Shown here: one piece after another, positions 9,713-19,122 of the stretch
How positions within the stretch are numbered: position 1 is the first letter of the stretch
Layout of the letters: the number at the start of each line of letters is the position of its first letter
Virus record (IMG/VR): IMGVR_UViG_3300045988_180644
Direction: 5' to 3' (one strand)
DNA: 64,000 nucleotides
Source of the DNA: a virus
The notes under the pieces: generated by a model
What the model saw: only the letters and a program-made list of their open reading frames with translations
Database searches by the model: none
What the model was told of the DNA's origin: nothing
Made by a program: the position numbers and the translations under genes

Positions 9713-9769
9713 AAATTTCTCCTTTTTATTTCTTATTTTTATAATATCATAATGATTTTTTTATCAATA

Positions 9770-10264
9770 TTAATCATCCCAAATATCAAACATAAATCTC
9801 TTGATATTTGTCTTGCCTGCTTCTTTGATGAATTTTTTACAGGCTTCTTCTGATGTGAACAATACCTTGTTATGTACAGCTGAATAATAATAGTTAATAG
9901 ATATGCAATCCATCTTAGAGTTATAATATACATAATATTTTATAACGTGTTCATCTTTAATTTCATCCACTGAAAAATCATGGCTACATTTTTTTATTGC
10001 CATAAGATATTTAGCATATTCCATTGCTTCTTTTTCTGTCTGAAATGCATAATCTTTATTTATTAATAATAAATCAAATAAGGAATTATTCTTTGTGTCT
10101 TCTTTTATTGTGAAATCATCAATATTCACATAATAATATGTTTCTCCATATTCAGGAAAGAAGCGTTTATTTGAAATCCTATCTTTCACTATAACTTTTC
10201 CGTCATTATCAAGATATAAATCCTTTCCTTCTAACTCCTCAATACTAATCTTCTTCATCTTCAT
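9770..10264 (-). CDS. hypothetical protein
   Basis: 164 aa ORF. Confidence 0.6.
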   Translation of the reverse strand: MKMKKISIEELEGKDLYLDNDGKVIVKDRISNKRFFPEYGETYYYVNIDDFTIKEDTKNNSLFDLLLINKDYAFQTEKEAMEYAKYLMAIKKCSHDFSVDEIKDEHVIKYYVYYNSKMDCISINYYYSAVHNKVLFTSEEACKKFIKEAGKTNIKRFMFDIWDD

Positions 10265-10290
10265 TCTCCTCTAAGATTAGAATTATGAAT

Positions 10291-10542
10291 TTACTGTTTT
10301 GCTGCCATATCGGATGTATTCAGTGTGAAGACAGACCATACGAAGACGTCTTCGCCGTTGTTGTACAGCATAGCTTCGGTAGCACCACAGTAACTCATCT
10401 CAGCTTCGGATTCCTCTAGAGAGTCCGGCATATGAGCGTTGTAATCATTCTTCATGATGGATGTCGCTTCTTTTACATCGGATGTAAGTCCAAGGGAATC
10501 AATAGAGTATCCATCTGTGCGAACGATGTGATAAAGTTTCAT
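10291..10542 (-). CDS. hypothetical protein
   Basis: 83 aa ORF; locally GC-richer than surroundings. Confidence 0.5.
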   Translation of the reverse strand: MKLYHIVRTDGYSIDSLGLTSDVKEATSIMKNDYNAHMPDSLEESEAEMSYCGATEAMLYNNGEDVFVWSVFTLNTSDMAAKQ

Positions 10543-10560
10543 AATATATTCTCTCCTTTT

Positions 10561-10941
10561 CTACTCATTTTCATAAGGAACAGGCAATGGCTGCCATGCT
10601 TTAACAGGATTGTTTGCATAGAACTCAGCAAACCCTTTTCCACTAAAATACATAAACTTCTTTGTTGAGAAAAAATATGTTGCAGTTAATATACCACCGT
10701 TTTCCAAAGAAACTAATACCTCACTTGATTCGCCTAATTGAGGTACCCTTTCGCTAACAGGTATCCAATTATTGTCTTCTGGCATCACTGTAAGTATATC
10801 CAATACAGCATCTAAAGCATAATTCCATCCACGTTTGAACGCAATATCTTCTTTAGTATCTCCTTCCAAAATTCTATTTTGATACTTTTCTCTAATTTTC
10901 TCTCTTAACTTGATTCTATCAATCATTTTCATCCTCCACAA
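10561..10941 (-). CDS. hypothetical protein
   Basis: 126 aa ORF. Confidence 0.55.
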   Translation of the reverse strand: MWRMKMIDRIKLREKIREKYQNRILEGDTKEDIAFKRGWNYALDAVLDILTVMPEDNNWIPVSERVPQLGESSEVLVSLENGGILTATYFFSTKKFMYFSGKGFAEFYANNPVKAWQPLPVPYENE

Positions 10942-11560
10942 ATTCCTTCATAATTTTAAACTGGGCATCAATCATATCAATTAATGCTTTTCTGAGTTTT
11001 CCAAATTTACCATCAGGTTTTGTAATCATTTCTATAATGTTTTTAATAAGGATAAGTTTCTCATCATTGGAAACTTCTTCATTTTTAATTTGTTCAAACA
11101 AATCTTTCAATGACTTTGTTCCCCATGCGTAACTATAAGCTGAATTTCCACTCAATAAAGAATATTGTTGATTAATAAATTCGGTAATCCAATCATTGCA
11201 CCCTGAATGACTTGAAATAAAGTTATCATATAACCATGAATCATCATTGATATAAAAATAACAGCTAAGATTTCCATTCATATGACTCATCGAGAAATAG
11301 ATATTATCTGTGAGATAGTATTCCTCACCTAAATAGATATTTTCATCTGCTATTTTTTGATATAAATCTAATTGTTTTTCTAGATGTTTAATTTCTTCTT
11401 TTAACTGATATTCATTGACAGATATGTTACTTCTTCTCAAGTCTTCTAAACCTTCTTTATACAAAAACTGCTCATACTCTCTAACTTCTTCAATTTTCTT
11501 ATCCAAAACTTCAATCTCTTTTTCTAGAATTTGGATAATTTTTCTTTTATCTTCGCTCAT
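10919..11560 (-). CDS. hypothetical coiled-coil protein
   Basis: 213 aa ORF, K/E-rich N-terminus; preceded by a ~51 aa overlapping leader ORF (11553..11706). Confidence 0.6.
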   Translation of the reverse strand: MSEDKRKIIQILEKEIEVLDKKIEEVREYEQFLYKEGLEDLRRSNISVNEYQLKEEIKHLEKQLDLYQKIADENIYLGEEYYLTDNIYFSMSHMNGNLSCYFYINDDSWLYDNFISSHSGCNDWITEFINQQYSLLSGNSAYSYAWGTKSLKDLFEQIKNEEVSNDEKLILIKNIIEMITKPDGKFGKLRKALIDMIDAQFKIMKEFVEDEND

Positions 11561-11727
11561 TTTCGTTTTCCTCCTTCAAAAATCTCATACAATCCTCATA
11601 TTCATCTTTTATAAAATTTTGTAATTCTTTGTATTTCTCTTTTAATTCCTTGATTGATTTACATTTAGCAAATTCTTCATAAATCCATATTTTCGTCTCC
11701 TCATACATTTTTTTACTCCTTTCTACG

Positions 11728-11790
11728 AAAAAAAGAGAGACACATTTGTCTCTCTCATCGTTTAATATTTACATATTCATTATAGCATAA
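11728..11790 (-). promoter_or_regulatory. leader cassette d (before small ORF + 10919..11560)
   Basis: TTATGCTATAATGAATATGTAAATATTAAACGATGAG + AGAGACA/TGTCTCT + T7; duplicated with cassette e. Confidence 0.6.
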
Positions 11791-11802
11791 GACAGGGTAC
11801 TG

Positions 11803-12399
11803 TTAGTCAAAAGGTATAACTAAACACTGCACTTTTCCACCTATTGTTCTTTGACCTTCTATATGCAAAGCGTTTTCTGTCATGATGGCATATTCTACTG
11901 ACTCAATGCATCTCTTTTGGGCTTCCTTTAACGATACATTTATTTCTGTATTTCTAAATTGCATAAGCCCATTGACAGCTATAAGTTCATCTCCAGAACA
12001 AAAAATATCGACATCTCCTTTCCTTTTAACGGTTATTGCTGTTGTCTTTGAATGAATAATATCTATAACATATAAAGTATCTTTATAGACAATAATCAAA
12101 CGAATATCCTGTACATATCTATCACAAAATCTTTTAATATAAGATATATATCTGTTGATTTGTTCTTCAATACTATCAAAATTCATGAAATATTCTTTAT
12201 AAGTTTCATTGATATCAATCGCTTTCCCTGTATACTCATCAATAAATCCATTCAATCCAGTGCTTGCAATAACAACATCACCAATCTGATGAATTTTTTT
12301 ATAATTTGAATCTTTAAGTGTCCTGTCTCCATAACAGCTATATGAATCAGAAGCAATGACAATTCCTTCTTTTGTCATATAAGTAATCATGTATGACAT
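11803..12399 (-). CDS. HslV/proteasome-beta-like Ntn hydrolase paralog B (Ser at the nucleophile position)
   Basis: MSYMITYMTKEGIVIASDSYSCYGDRTLKDSNYKKIHQIGDVVIASTG matches HslV N-terminal pattern (x.VVIAxD...K.N.KK...D.VIA..G); RBS AAAGGAG. Confidence 0.55.
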   Translation of the reverse strand: MSYMITYMTKEGIVIASDSYSCYGDRTLKDSNYKKIHQIGDVVIASTGLNGFIDEYTGKAIDINETYKEYFMNFDSIEEQINRYISYIKRFCDRYVQDIRLIIVYKDTLYVIDIIHSKTTAITVKRKGDVDIFCSGDELIAVNGLMQFRNTEINVSLKEAQKRCIESVEYAIMTENALHIEGQRTIGGKVQCLVIPFD

Positions 12400-12529
12400 A
12401 ACATTTCTCCTTTCCTGTTTTTTTTTCTATGTATAACATTAAACAATTCCTCCATGAATAAACTACTCTTATTGTAACACACCAATCATTTCTATTTCAC
12501 TTTATCATGAAGGAATTCATTCTTTAGCA

Positions 12530-13351
12530 TTAATTCCAGTTGACTCCAATATGGCCGTCTGGATGGATAATAACATTTGAATATCCGTCCTCATAATCGT
12601 TATGAATTTGCTGATACATATCTCCTAAAGTGATACGAGCATGTTTCCCATTGTAATTGAATGTGGTATAAACAAAGAAATCTCCTACACGGAATGTATG
12701 CAAGTCAATTTCGTCATTTTCCTGCAATTCATCCAAGATATTGATGTCATAGTCATATTTTTCAAGACTGCTTAAAAACCGAAAAGAAAACGACTGTGCG
12801 TTTGTATTATCCATGTAATCTTTTAAGTGCTTTAAGTTCATATCTTTATCTTGGACAATGGTTTGAACGGTACAATCTGGGAAATCTTCAGGATTTGGCT
12901 TTACGTAATCATTCACTGAAAGGTTGATATGACCCAAACCATTTAATTCTTTGCTGTATCCTGACGTATTAATACTTAAGAAGATATTATCGCTGTATTC
13001 TTTATAGATATCAGATAATTCCTTTACGTATTCAGGATATAATCCTGGCTCTCCACCTGTAATTGTCAATCTCGCTGCAGGATGTTCACGTAATACTTTT
13101 CTAAGAGCTTCCTTTTGTTTTTCAATATCGATTTGCCCTTTCATAGGATTCTTTCTTTCAATACAGAACGGACAATGATAAGGACATTCCTGCGTCATGA
13201 TAATCTGAACATTAATACGATAATACAATGGACGACCTAAAGAAGTCCTTTCATGACGTGTTTCTAATCTATACTTTAAATCTTCTTTCATCTGATTTCT
13301 AATCCACTCATAATTATCAATATGTGGGATAAAGTTCATTTTTCTAGTCAT
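12530..13351 (-). CDS. radical SAM enzyme (family unresolved; activase-like)
   Basis: CPYHCPFC (CxxxCxxC) cluster, LTITGGEP and INTSG motifs; start set to ATG (MTRKMNF) with AGGAG RBS. Confidence 0.75.
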   Translation of the reverse strand: MTRKMNFIPHIDNYEWIRNQMKEDLKYRLETRHERTSLGRPLYYRINVQIIMTQECPYHCPFCIERKNPMKGQIDIEKQKEALRKVLREHPAARLTITGGEPGLYPEYVKELSDIYKEYSDNIFLSINTSGYSKELNGLGHINLSVNDYVKPNPEDFPDCTVQTIVQDKDMNLKHLKDYMDNTNAQSFSFRFLSSLEKYDYDINILDELQENDEIDLHTFRVGDFFVYTTFNYNGKHARITLGDMYQQIHNDYEDGYSNVIIHPDGHIGVNWN

Positions 13352-13383
13352 AATATTCACTCCTAATAAAAAAGCTATAACGA

Positions 13384-13428
13384 TTTAAAAATTTTTCTCG
13401 TTATAGCATGCTCTCTTTTATGTTTCCT
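13384..13428 (-). terminator. hairpin + U-tract between 430-aa gene and radical SAM gene
   Basis: TGCTATAACGA-loop-TCGTTATAGC followed by TTTTTT then AGGAG RBS. Confidence 0.5.
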
Positions 13429-14720
13429 TACTTAGATTCGTCATAGCCAACAACAAAATGATTAGTCTTTGTTACTGTTGTGTATCCTTCTTTAATATCT
13501 AATGTAAACATCACTTTACATGGCAATCCAGCAGTTGCATGTACACCAAATTTATTTGCATTGAGCCAGCCTTTTCCTTTAAAAGGAAATGATGTTTCTT
13601 CAATGAATTTTCTTGGTGTCGTATACCTTCTTCTAGAGAAATTAAAATCACAATATGAAGTTTTTAGCTGGTCTTTGGCGAGGTTTTCTAAGAATTCATC
13701 AAGATTTCCTGATTTGTCAATGATATCCCTTATTTTCTTAGTGATTTTTACATAATGATAGTATTGGATAGGATTGTTGTCAGTATATTCTAAAGCATGT
13801 TGCCAGATTCTATTATTTTCATAAGACACAGCCAGTCTTCCTAAATATAAAAATTCTGCACCATTTTTTTCTTTGTAGATAGCCCCTACATTTAAATCCT
13901 CCTGCTTCAAATATCTTGTTTTCTTTTTGATATCCTGAATATTTAAATCTTTATCTAGTAAAATGTTAGCTTTTTTGACTCCCATGATTAAAGCAATAGC
14001 TAAACGTGCTCTATGTTTATTAACAATTTCAGACATATCATATTCATCTCTGAATTCTACCGTTTCATCCGGTACAATGCATAATGCTATTCTATACCCA
14101 CATTCATAGTCTGTTAATCCGTTTTCAAAAATATATATTCTTCTATTTGCCTGAAATGTTCCGTCCTTTTTCAGTGGAATCAAATCAAAAATATCAGGTA
14201 ACTGCTCCTTATTCATAATCATATGAGCTATATCAATCATTTGCTTTATCTTTTGATAATATTTTTCACCCGTTAAACTTGACTCTGGAATCTTGCCTTT
14301 ACCATATTTAGCCAAATTTTTTTTAGCTTCATTTAAATAATAGTCTAGATTATATTCATCAAGAAATATTGATGCATTTGGACCATAAATTTCTTTTACA
14401 GTTTTAGGCGGATTTAAACAAATCTGTAACAGTTGCTTTTCATCCAAAAACTCATGTTTTAATTTACCAGTTGATGCTTCAAAAGATGAACCTTCAAATT
14501 CTGCTCTAATTTTAAATATCTCTAAAATCACATCTTGTCCATTTCTTGTTTTGACATATACATATGAGCGAGTGCGTGAGCAATTGTGCTTATTGAAAAA
14601 ATTAAGAATATCGCTTTCTGTTGTTGTTTGTGTAACTTCATAATAAATCCCGTATTTCTTTGCCTGTGTTTCAGTTATAGGACTAATATCTTCTTTTTTT
14701 AAAGCGAAAAGTTTTGCCAT
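13428..14720 (-). CDS. hypothetical protein, long paralog (430 aa)
   Basis: shares LPDIFDLIPLKKDGTFQANRRIYIFENG and EHRARLAIALI...IQDIKKKTRYLKQEDL blocks with 14880..15872. Confidence 0.65.
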   Translation of the reverse strand: MAKLFALKKEDISPITETQAKKYGIYYEVTQTTTESDILNFFNKHNCSRTRSYVYVKTRNGQDVILEIFKIRAEFEGSSFEASTGKLKHEFLDEKQLLQICLNPPKTVKEIYGPNASIFLDEYNLDYYLNEAKKNLAKYGKGKIPESSLTGEKYYQKIKQMIDIAHMIMNKEQLPDIFDLIPLKKDGTFQANRRIYIFENGLTDYECGYRIALCIVPDETVEFRDEYDMSEIVNKHRARLAIALIMGVKKANILLDKDLNIQDIKKKTRYLKQEDLNVGAIYKEKNGAEFLYLGRLAVSYENNRIWQHALEYTDNNPIQYYHYVKITKKIRDIIDKSGNLDEFLENLAKDQLKTSYCDFNFSRRRYTTPRKFIEETSFPFKGKGWLNANKFGVHATAGLPCKVMFTLDIKEGYTTVTKTNHFVVGYDESK

Positions 14721-14796
14721 TTTGTTATCCTCCTTATTGAATTTATTTTGTTTTGAAATATAGTTTATTTTCTTCTGTTTTAATCTCCTTTCTACG

Positions 14797-14859
14797 AAAA
14801 AAAAGAGAGACGAATTTGCCTCTCATATCGTTTATATTTACATATTTATTATAGCATAG
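14797..14859 (-). promoter_or_regulatory. leader cassette e (before 13428..14720)
   Basis: near-duplicate of cassette d incl. CGTAGAAAGGAG; stem weakened (GAGAG/CTCTC). Confidence 0.55.
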
Positions 14860-14879
14860 AAATTCATAAATAAAACACA

Positions 14880-15872
14880 TTATTCCGTGTCGTCATATTC
14901 AACATAAACATCATATTGTGATACAACTCCTGTATATTCATCTTTTAAATCCATTGAAAACATCGGAAATTCCGTTTGTCCTGGTGTTGCATTTGGTCCA
15001 TCGATATTGACCTTTACCCATCCTTTAGGACATGCATTTTCAACTTCATCAACAAATTTTCTTAGACTAGTTCGACTGCGTGATGAAAACCCTAACTCAT
15101 CTGTGTTATCTGTTTTTAATTTCACATGAGCCCATTTTTCTAGAAATTCATCAAGTGAATCACAACCATCAAGTATATCCCTCACTTTTTTAGTTACTCT
15201 TAGATATTCACAACCATCTATATGTTTGCATTTAGTTGTTAGGATAGTACGTGGAACATCTCTTAGAACAATACTAATGCCTCCTAAAAACAGGTACTCC
15301 GTTCCAGATTTTTCTTTGTAGATTCTCCCTGGCTTTAAGTCTGATTGCTTGATATACGTAGACCTCGTTTTGATATCCTGTATTTTAAGGCTTCTATTAA
15401 GAAGTGGATAGAGTTTTCTTACACCTGAAACAATGGTTATGGCTAAACGGGCACGATGTTCATCAACTTTTTCATTCATATCCATAAATTCATACCATGG
15501 ATTAATACCATAAGGAACAATAACTAATGCGATTCTCCTTCCTGTTATATATTCTCCAGAACTATCTGTCTCACAGTATGAAATTCCATTATCATAAATA
15601 TAAATACGTCTAGCCTTTTGAAATGTACCGTCTTTTTTCAATGGAATCAAATCAAAAAGATTAGGTACTTTTTCCTGATTCATAATCATGTTTGCTATTT
15701 TTACTAATTCGTAAATTTTACGATAATAATCTTCACCAGTTATATTGGTATCGGGTAATTTACTTTTTCCACAGACGTCTTTTATTTTTTTAGCATGTTC
15801 TAAATAATGATTGAAATTCTCTTCATCATAAAATATTGATAAACCTGCACCATAGATTTCCTTTTTTGCCAT
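14880..15872 (-). CDS. hypothetical protein, short paralog (330 aa) of 13428..14720
   Basis: aligns with residues ~100-430 of neighbour; VPNLFDLIPLKKDGTFQKARRIYIYDNG. Confidence 0.65.
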   Translation of the reverse strand: MAKKEIYGAGLSIFYDEENFNHYLEHAKKIKDVCGKSKLPDTNITGEDYYRKIYELVKIANMIMNQEKVPNLFDLIPLKKDGTFQKARRIYIYDNGISYCETDSSGEYITGRRIALVIVPYGINPWYEFMDMNEKVDEHRARLAITIVSGVRKLYPLLNRSLKIQDIKTRSTYIKQSDLKPGRIYKEKSGTEYLFLGGISIVLRDVPRTILTTKCKHIDGCEYLRVTKKVRDILDGCDSLDEFLEKWAHVKLKTDNTDELGFSSRSRTSLRKFVDEVENACPKGWVKVNIDGPNATPGQTEFPMFSMDLKDEYTGVVSQYDVYVEYDDTE

Positions 15873-15890
15873 AAGATTTATTTCCTCCTA

Positions 15891-16499
15891 CTAAAATCCA
15901 TATAAAATCACATCTTCATTTTCCCAATCCGTATGGTTATATAAATTAATAATCTGAAGAATTGTATATTCCGTAGATATGTTGATATTGTATGGAATTT
16001 CTAATTTATCTTTGTTTGTTCGTTTTGAAAATGACTTAAAAGCATCCATATTAAGACTATCATCTTGTTTCCATAAATTTGCTTTTCGATGGAAATATTC
16101 CTGTGCAAATATAGGCCCACATTCATCTTCAAAATCTTTTAACATGTCAGTATAATATTTATACATGCTTTTATAGATTGCATCGAGATACAACAGAATC
16201 ATTTCCTTAGTCAGTTTTACAATTCTTTCACCATCAATATCCCTTTCACCTTCATAAGGAATATTGACTAAATGACTCTGTTCTTTAGAAAGATATGATT
16301 TCCCCTGTTTACGTATTGTTTCAGCGTCATCATCACTTCCTAAAGGCATCACTTCTTGAAATCCTAAATGCTTGACAACATCGTATTGTGTAAGTTCATC
16401 TGGATTCTCTTTAAACACATCAATGAGTTCTTTTAGCTTTGCATCAATGTCTTGAGAGCATAGCTTTTTTCTTTTACAAATATACAAACGATAGCTCAA
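15891..16499 (-). CDS. hypothetical protein
   Basis: TTG start (LSYRLYICKRKK) 8 nt after GGAGG; tracker start 16541 overlaps leader cassette. Confidence 0.55.
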   Translation of the reverse strand: MSYRLYICKRKKLCSQDIDAKLKELIDVFKENPDELTQYDVVKHLGFQEVMPLGSDDDAETIRKQGKSYLSKEQSHLVNIPYEGERDIDGERIVKLTKEMILLYLDAIYKSMYKYYTDMLKDFEDECGPIFAQEYFHRKANLWKQDDSLNMDAFKSFSKRTNKDKLEIPYNINISTEYTILQIINLYNHTDWENEDVILYGF

Positions 16500-16518
16500 T
16501 TTATTTCCTCCTTTCAAA

Positions 16519-16578
16519 CAAAAAAGACATGCATAAAGCACGTCTCGTCTCGTTTAATATTTACATTTCTATTATACC
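16519..16578 (-). promoter_or_regulatory. leader cassette f (before 15891..16499)
   Basis: TGGTATAATAGAAATGTAAATATTAAACGAGACGAG + ACGTGC/GCATGTCT + T6. Confidence 0.6.
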
Positions 16579-16596
16579 ACATTATACTCTGCAATC

Positions 16597-16830
16597 TTAC
16601 AACAATCCTAGCATTTGTGCCATGGCTCTACCAAAGATTGATTTCATCTCTTCATTGTTCATTATGCTGGATTTTTTAGCGACATATAATCCACCCCATA
16701 GCATCGCAGCTTTCTGTTCAAGAGACAAATCTTTTTTCTCTGATAGGATTAGGTTTTCCAAATCATAATATGCTACATCTGATGACATGTCCTTGATGTG
16801 TTTTTCTTTTTCCATAAGCTTATCCTCCAT
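16597..16830 (-). CDS. hypothetical protein
   Basis: 77 aa ORF. Confidence 0.5.
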   Translation of the reverse strand: MEDKLMEKEKHIKDMSSDVAYYDLENLILSEKKDLSLEQKAAMLWGGLYVAKKSSIMNNEEMKSIFGRAMAQMLGLL

Positions 16831-17200
16831 ACATTTTTCTTATCTTTTTTCCTTCCAAATAATCAAGCAAAAAAGCTTTATGATTATGATATGTTTCACT
16901 TGGACGTTTTCTTAATTTTCCTTTTGTTGTATAAAGATAAACACAAATTCCAAATCCAAGCGAATCTTTTTCAACCATAAGTTTTCCAATTTTCCATTCA
17001 GATTTGTTATTGTATATGTTTTTGTCTTGATACCAAATATCCCCTGTCAATTTGTAATCTATCAACAGTTGCTCTAATGATTTTTTCTTAATTTCCAAAA
17101 ATTCATCTCGCAGTTTATTTAATTCAACTTTTTTTGCGTCTATTTCTTCTGACTTGCGGTTTAATTCTTCTAACAGTATTTCACTCTTTAATTTTGTCAT
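16820..17200 (-). CDS. hypothetical coiled-coil protein
   Basis: 126 aa ORF. Confidence 0.55.
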   Translation of the reverse strand: MTKLKSEILLEELNRKSEEIDAKKVELNKLRDEFLEIKKKSLEQLLIDYKLTGDIWYQDKNIYNNKSEWKIGKLMVEKDSLGFGICVYLYTTKGKLRKRPSETYHNHKAFLLDYLEGKKIRKMYGG

Positions 17201-17229
17201 ACGCTTCTCCTTCTATTCTTTATCTTTTC

Positions 17230-17369
17230 TTTTTATTCCTTCTCATCTTTCTCTTATTTTTGATTCTTTGGTTCCTCTTAGGTTGGAAGTAAGAACCACA
17301 ATTTTCACATCTACCAATGAAATCCATTGATTCTTGCCATTTGTAGTAATCGAACCACATAATTTTTAA
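17230..17369 (-). CDS. small zinc-ribbon protein with basic tail (46 aa, below tracker cutoff)
   Basis: hand translation MWFDYYKWQESMDFIGRCENCGSYFQPKRNQRIKNKRKMRRNKKKR; AAAAGGAG RBS 8 nt upstream. Confidence 0.4.
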
Positions 17370-17477
17370 CTCCTTTTCTTTATATTTTCCTTATTCATTT
17401 CACATATTTACTTTATTATTAATTACCCATCTCAATAATTATTAGCTTGATTTGCTTGATTTACTTATTCAGCATAA

Positions 17478-17726
17478 TCAGCTAATTTCACAATTATCTA
17501 ATATGTCAGTCATAGTCATATTGTTATCTACCAATCTAAAGTATCCACAGCCTTTAAGATTTAGCAAAACACCAACAGTATTTATTGTTTCCCTTGAAAA
17601 TCCGTTGTCTCGAAATGCCCTTAGTATTTCAAAATCCGTCTGTGTTATCACGATTTTCTTGTTTATAATGCTTTTAGGTTGACTTTCTATTGTTTCAGTG
17701 TAATCGTCCTCAAATCCTTCAAACAT
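17478..17726 (-). CDS. hypothetical protein
   Basis: 82 aa ORF. Confidence 0.5.
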   Translation of the reverse strand: MFEGFEDDYTETIESQPKSIINKKIVITQTDFEILRAFRDNGFSRETINTVGVLLNLKGCGYFRLVDNNMTMTDILDNCEIS

Positions 17727-17841
17727 TTAGCTCACTCCTTCTTTGATAATAAATTTAAAACTTAAGTCACCAAATTTGTTAAAATTAATATCTTCAAAAA
17801 ATCCATAATAATCTAATCCATTTATATAATTTTTGATTTCG

Positions 17842-18192
17842 TTAATCATTTTTATACTCCTCCTGATACACTAATGATTTTGTAATCGGGAATAAACGAT
17901 TTTCTTTATACTCTACATACCCAAATCCATAATCAATACACTTTTTATTTTCTTCTTCTAATTCAATAATGCTTCTAATTTTTACACACATTTTTAATTT
18001 ATTCTCCCAGACCCACATGCCAACTTTTAAATCTTCATATTTGTATGGGTTGGGATTAAAGTGCTCTTTTATTAAACTCTCTAAAATATCCAATTCTTTT
18101 GCACAAGATAAAGGATTCCTTAAGATATTCAACCATGCATTATAACACATGTCCTCAGTCAAACATTCACCTTTAGTCAACATCTTTATCAC
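17842..18192 (-). CDS. hypothetical protein
   Basis: 116 aa ORF. Confidence 0.55.
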   Translation of the reverse strand: MIKMLTKGECLTEDMCYNAWLNILRNPLSCAKELDILESLIKEHFNPNPYKYEDLKVGMWVWENKLKMCVKIRSIIELEEENKKCIDYGFGYVEYKENRLFPITKSLVYQEEYKND

Positions 18193-18460
18193 TCCTTTTG
18201 AACATCACTAATCTAACTATTTCGTATTCTTGAATTTCTTTATCTTCAAAAGGAAATTGATGGCAATATGGACATTTAATTGTTTCTAGCTTATCTTCAT
18301 TAGACAATCCATATCCTGTCCATGAAGAATCAATATCTATAACAACTGCATTTTCTTCGCATTCTTCGAAGCTGCAATTATCATAATAATCTCTTCCATC
18401 TCTAGCAAACATATTGATGTTAATATGGTTTAATTCTTTACCGCATTTTTCACATCTCAT
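18173..18460 (-). CDS. zinc-ribbon hypothetical protein
   Basis: CEKCGKEL...CPYCHQ paired CxxC. Confidence 0.55.
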   Translation of the reverse strand: MRCEKCGKELNHININMFARDGRDYYDNCSFEECEENAVVIDIDSSWTGYGLSNEDKLETIKCPYCHQFPFEDKEIQEYEIVRLVMFKRSDKDVD

Positions 18461-18750
18461 TCTTCATCACTCCCATATATTTCTTCCAACATTTCTTTTA
18501 CAGCTTCTATTGGGACCAACTCCTGCTCTCCAATGTGCCATCCTCTTGACTTTTCTTCAATGACCTTAAGATACTTTTCTTTCTCTTTCAGTTTTCTATC
18601 TTTGTATAATTCAAAATGCTCAAGCAAAATAGGAACTACTTCAATTGGTTTATCAGTTTCTTCATCATATCCAAAAGAAGTCAAATCATTATTTTCCAAT
18701 TCTTTGATGTAATTACCTAAAAACATCTGATTCATTGTATCTAGTTTCAT
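18457..18750 (-). CDS. hypothetical protein
   Basis: start set to ATG (MKLDTMNQMF) preceded by AGGAGGATTAAT. Confidence 0.55.
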   Translation of the reverse strand: MKLDTMNQMFLGNYIKELENNDLTSFGYDEETDKPIEVVPILLEHFELYKDRKLKEKEKYLKVIEEKSRGWHIGEQELVPIEAVKEMLEEIYGSDEE

Positions 18751-18760
18751 ATTAATCCTC

Positions 18761-19003
18761 CTAAAATACCAGCAATAATCTTTCTTCATTCAAATCATCT
18801 TGATGTATGACAACTTCTCTTCTTGTTCCATCCAACATCTCCACATACTCTTCATCAAGTGAAGAAATGTTTTCTGGTACCCATACACCCTGAATATCAA
18901 AAACTTCTCTCTTCTGTAAATCAACTTTACATAGTGCTTTGATATCGTGCTGTCCTTTGTTATATATTGAATGAAACCATGCAAAAACTATATTATTCAC
19001 CAT
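18761..19003 (-). CDS. hypothetical protein
   Basis: 80 aa ORF; preferred over overlapping alternate-frame 18790..18984. Confidence 0.5.
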   Translation of the reverse strand: MVNNIVFAWFHSIYNKGQHDIKALCKVDLQKREVFDIQGVWVPENISSLDEEYVEMLDGTRREVVIHQDDLNEERLLLVF

Positions 19004-19122
19004 TCATCCTCCTTACCTTAACTTTACATTTTTTGACTTTAGAACACTTTTTGTACTCAAAGAATGTTCTCCAGGCGATGCAGTATATCTCATTGCCTTT
19101 TGTAAAGCTATATGAGCATTCT

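Noticed and set aside
9739-9933. 64-aa ORF overlapping 9770..10264
   Set aside because: Alternate frame of a longer, better-supported ORF.
16439-16768. 109-aa plus-strand ORF across the 15891..16830 region (similarly 13480..13755, 20618..21307, 22798..23301, 27774..28037)
   Set aside because: Antisense to well-supported longer minus-strand genes; no RBS or motifs.
18790-18984. 64-aa ORF in alternate frame to 18761..19003
   Set aside because: Composition less protein-like than the overlapping 80-aa frame; only one can be real.
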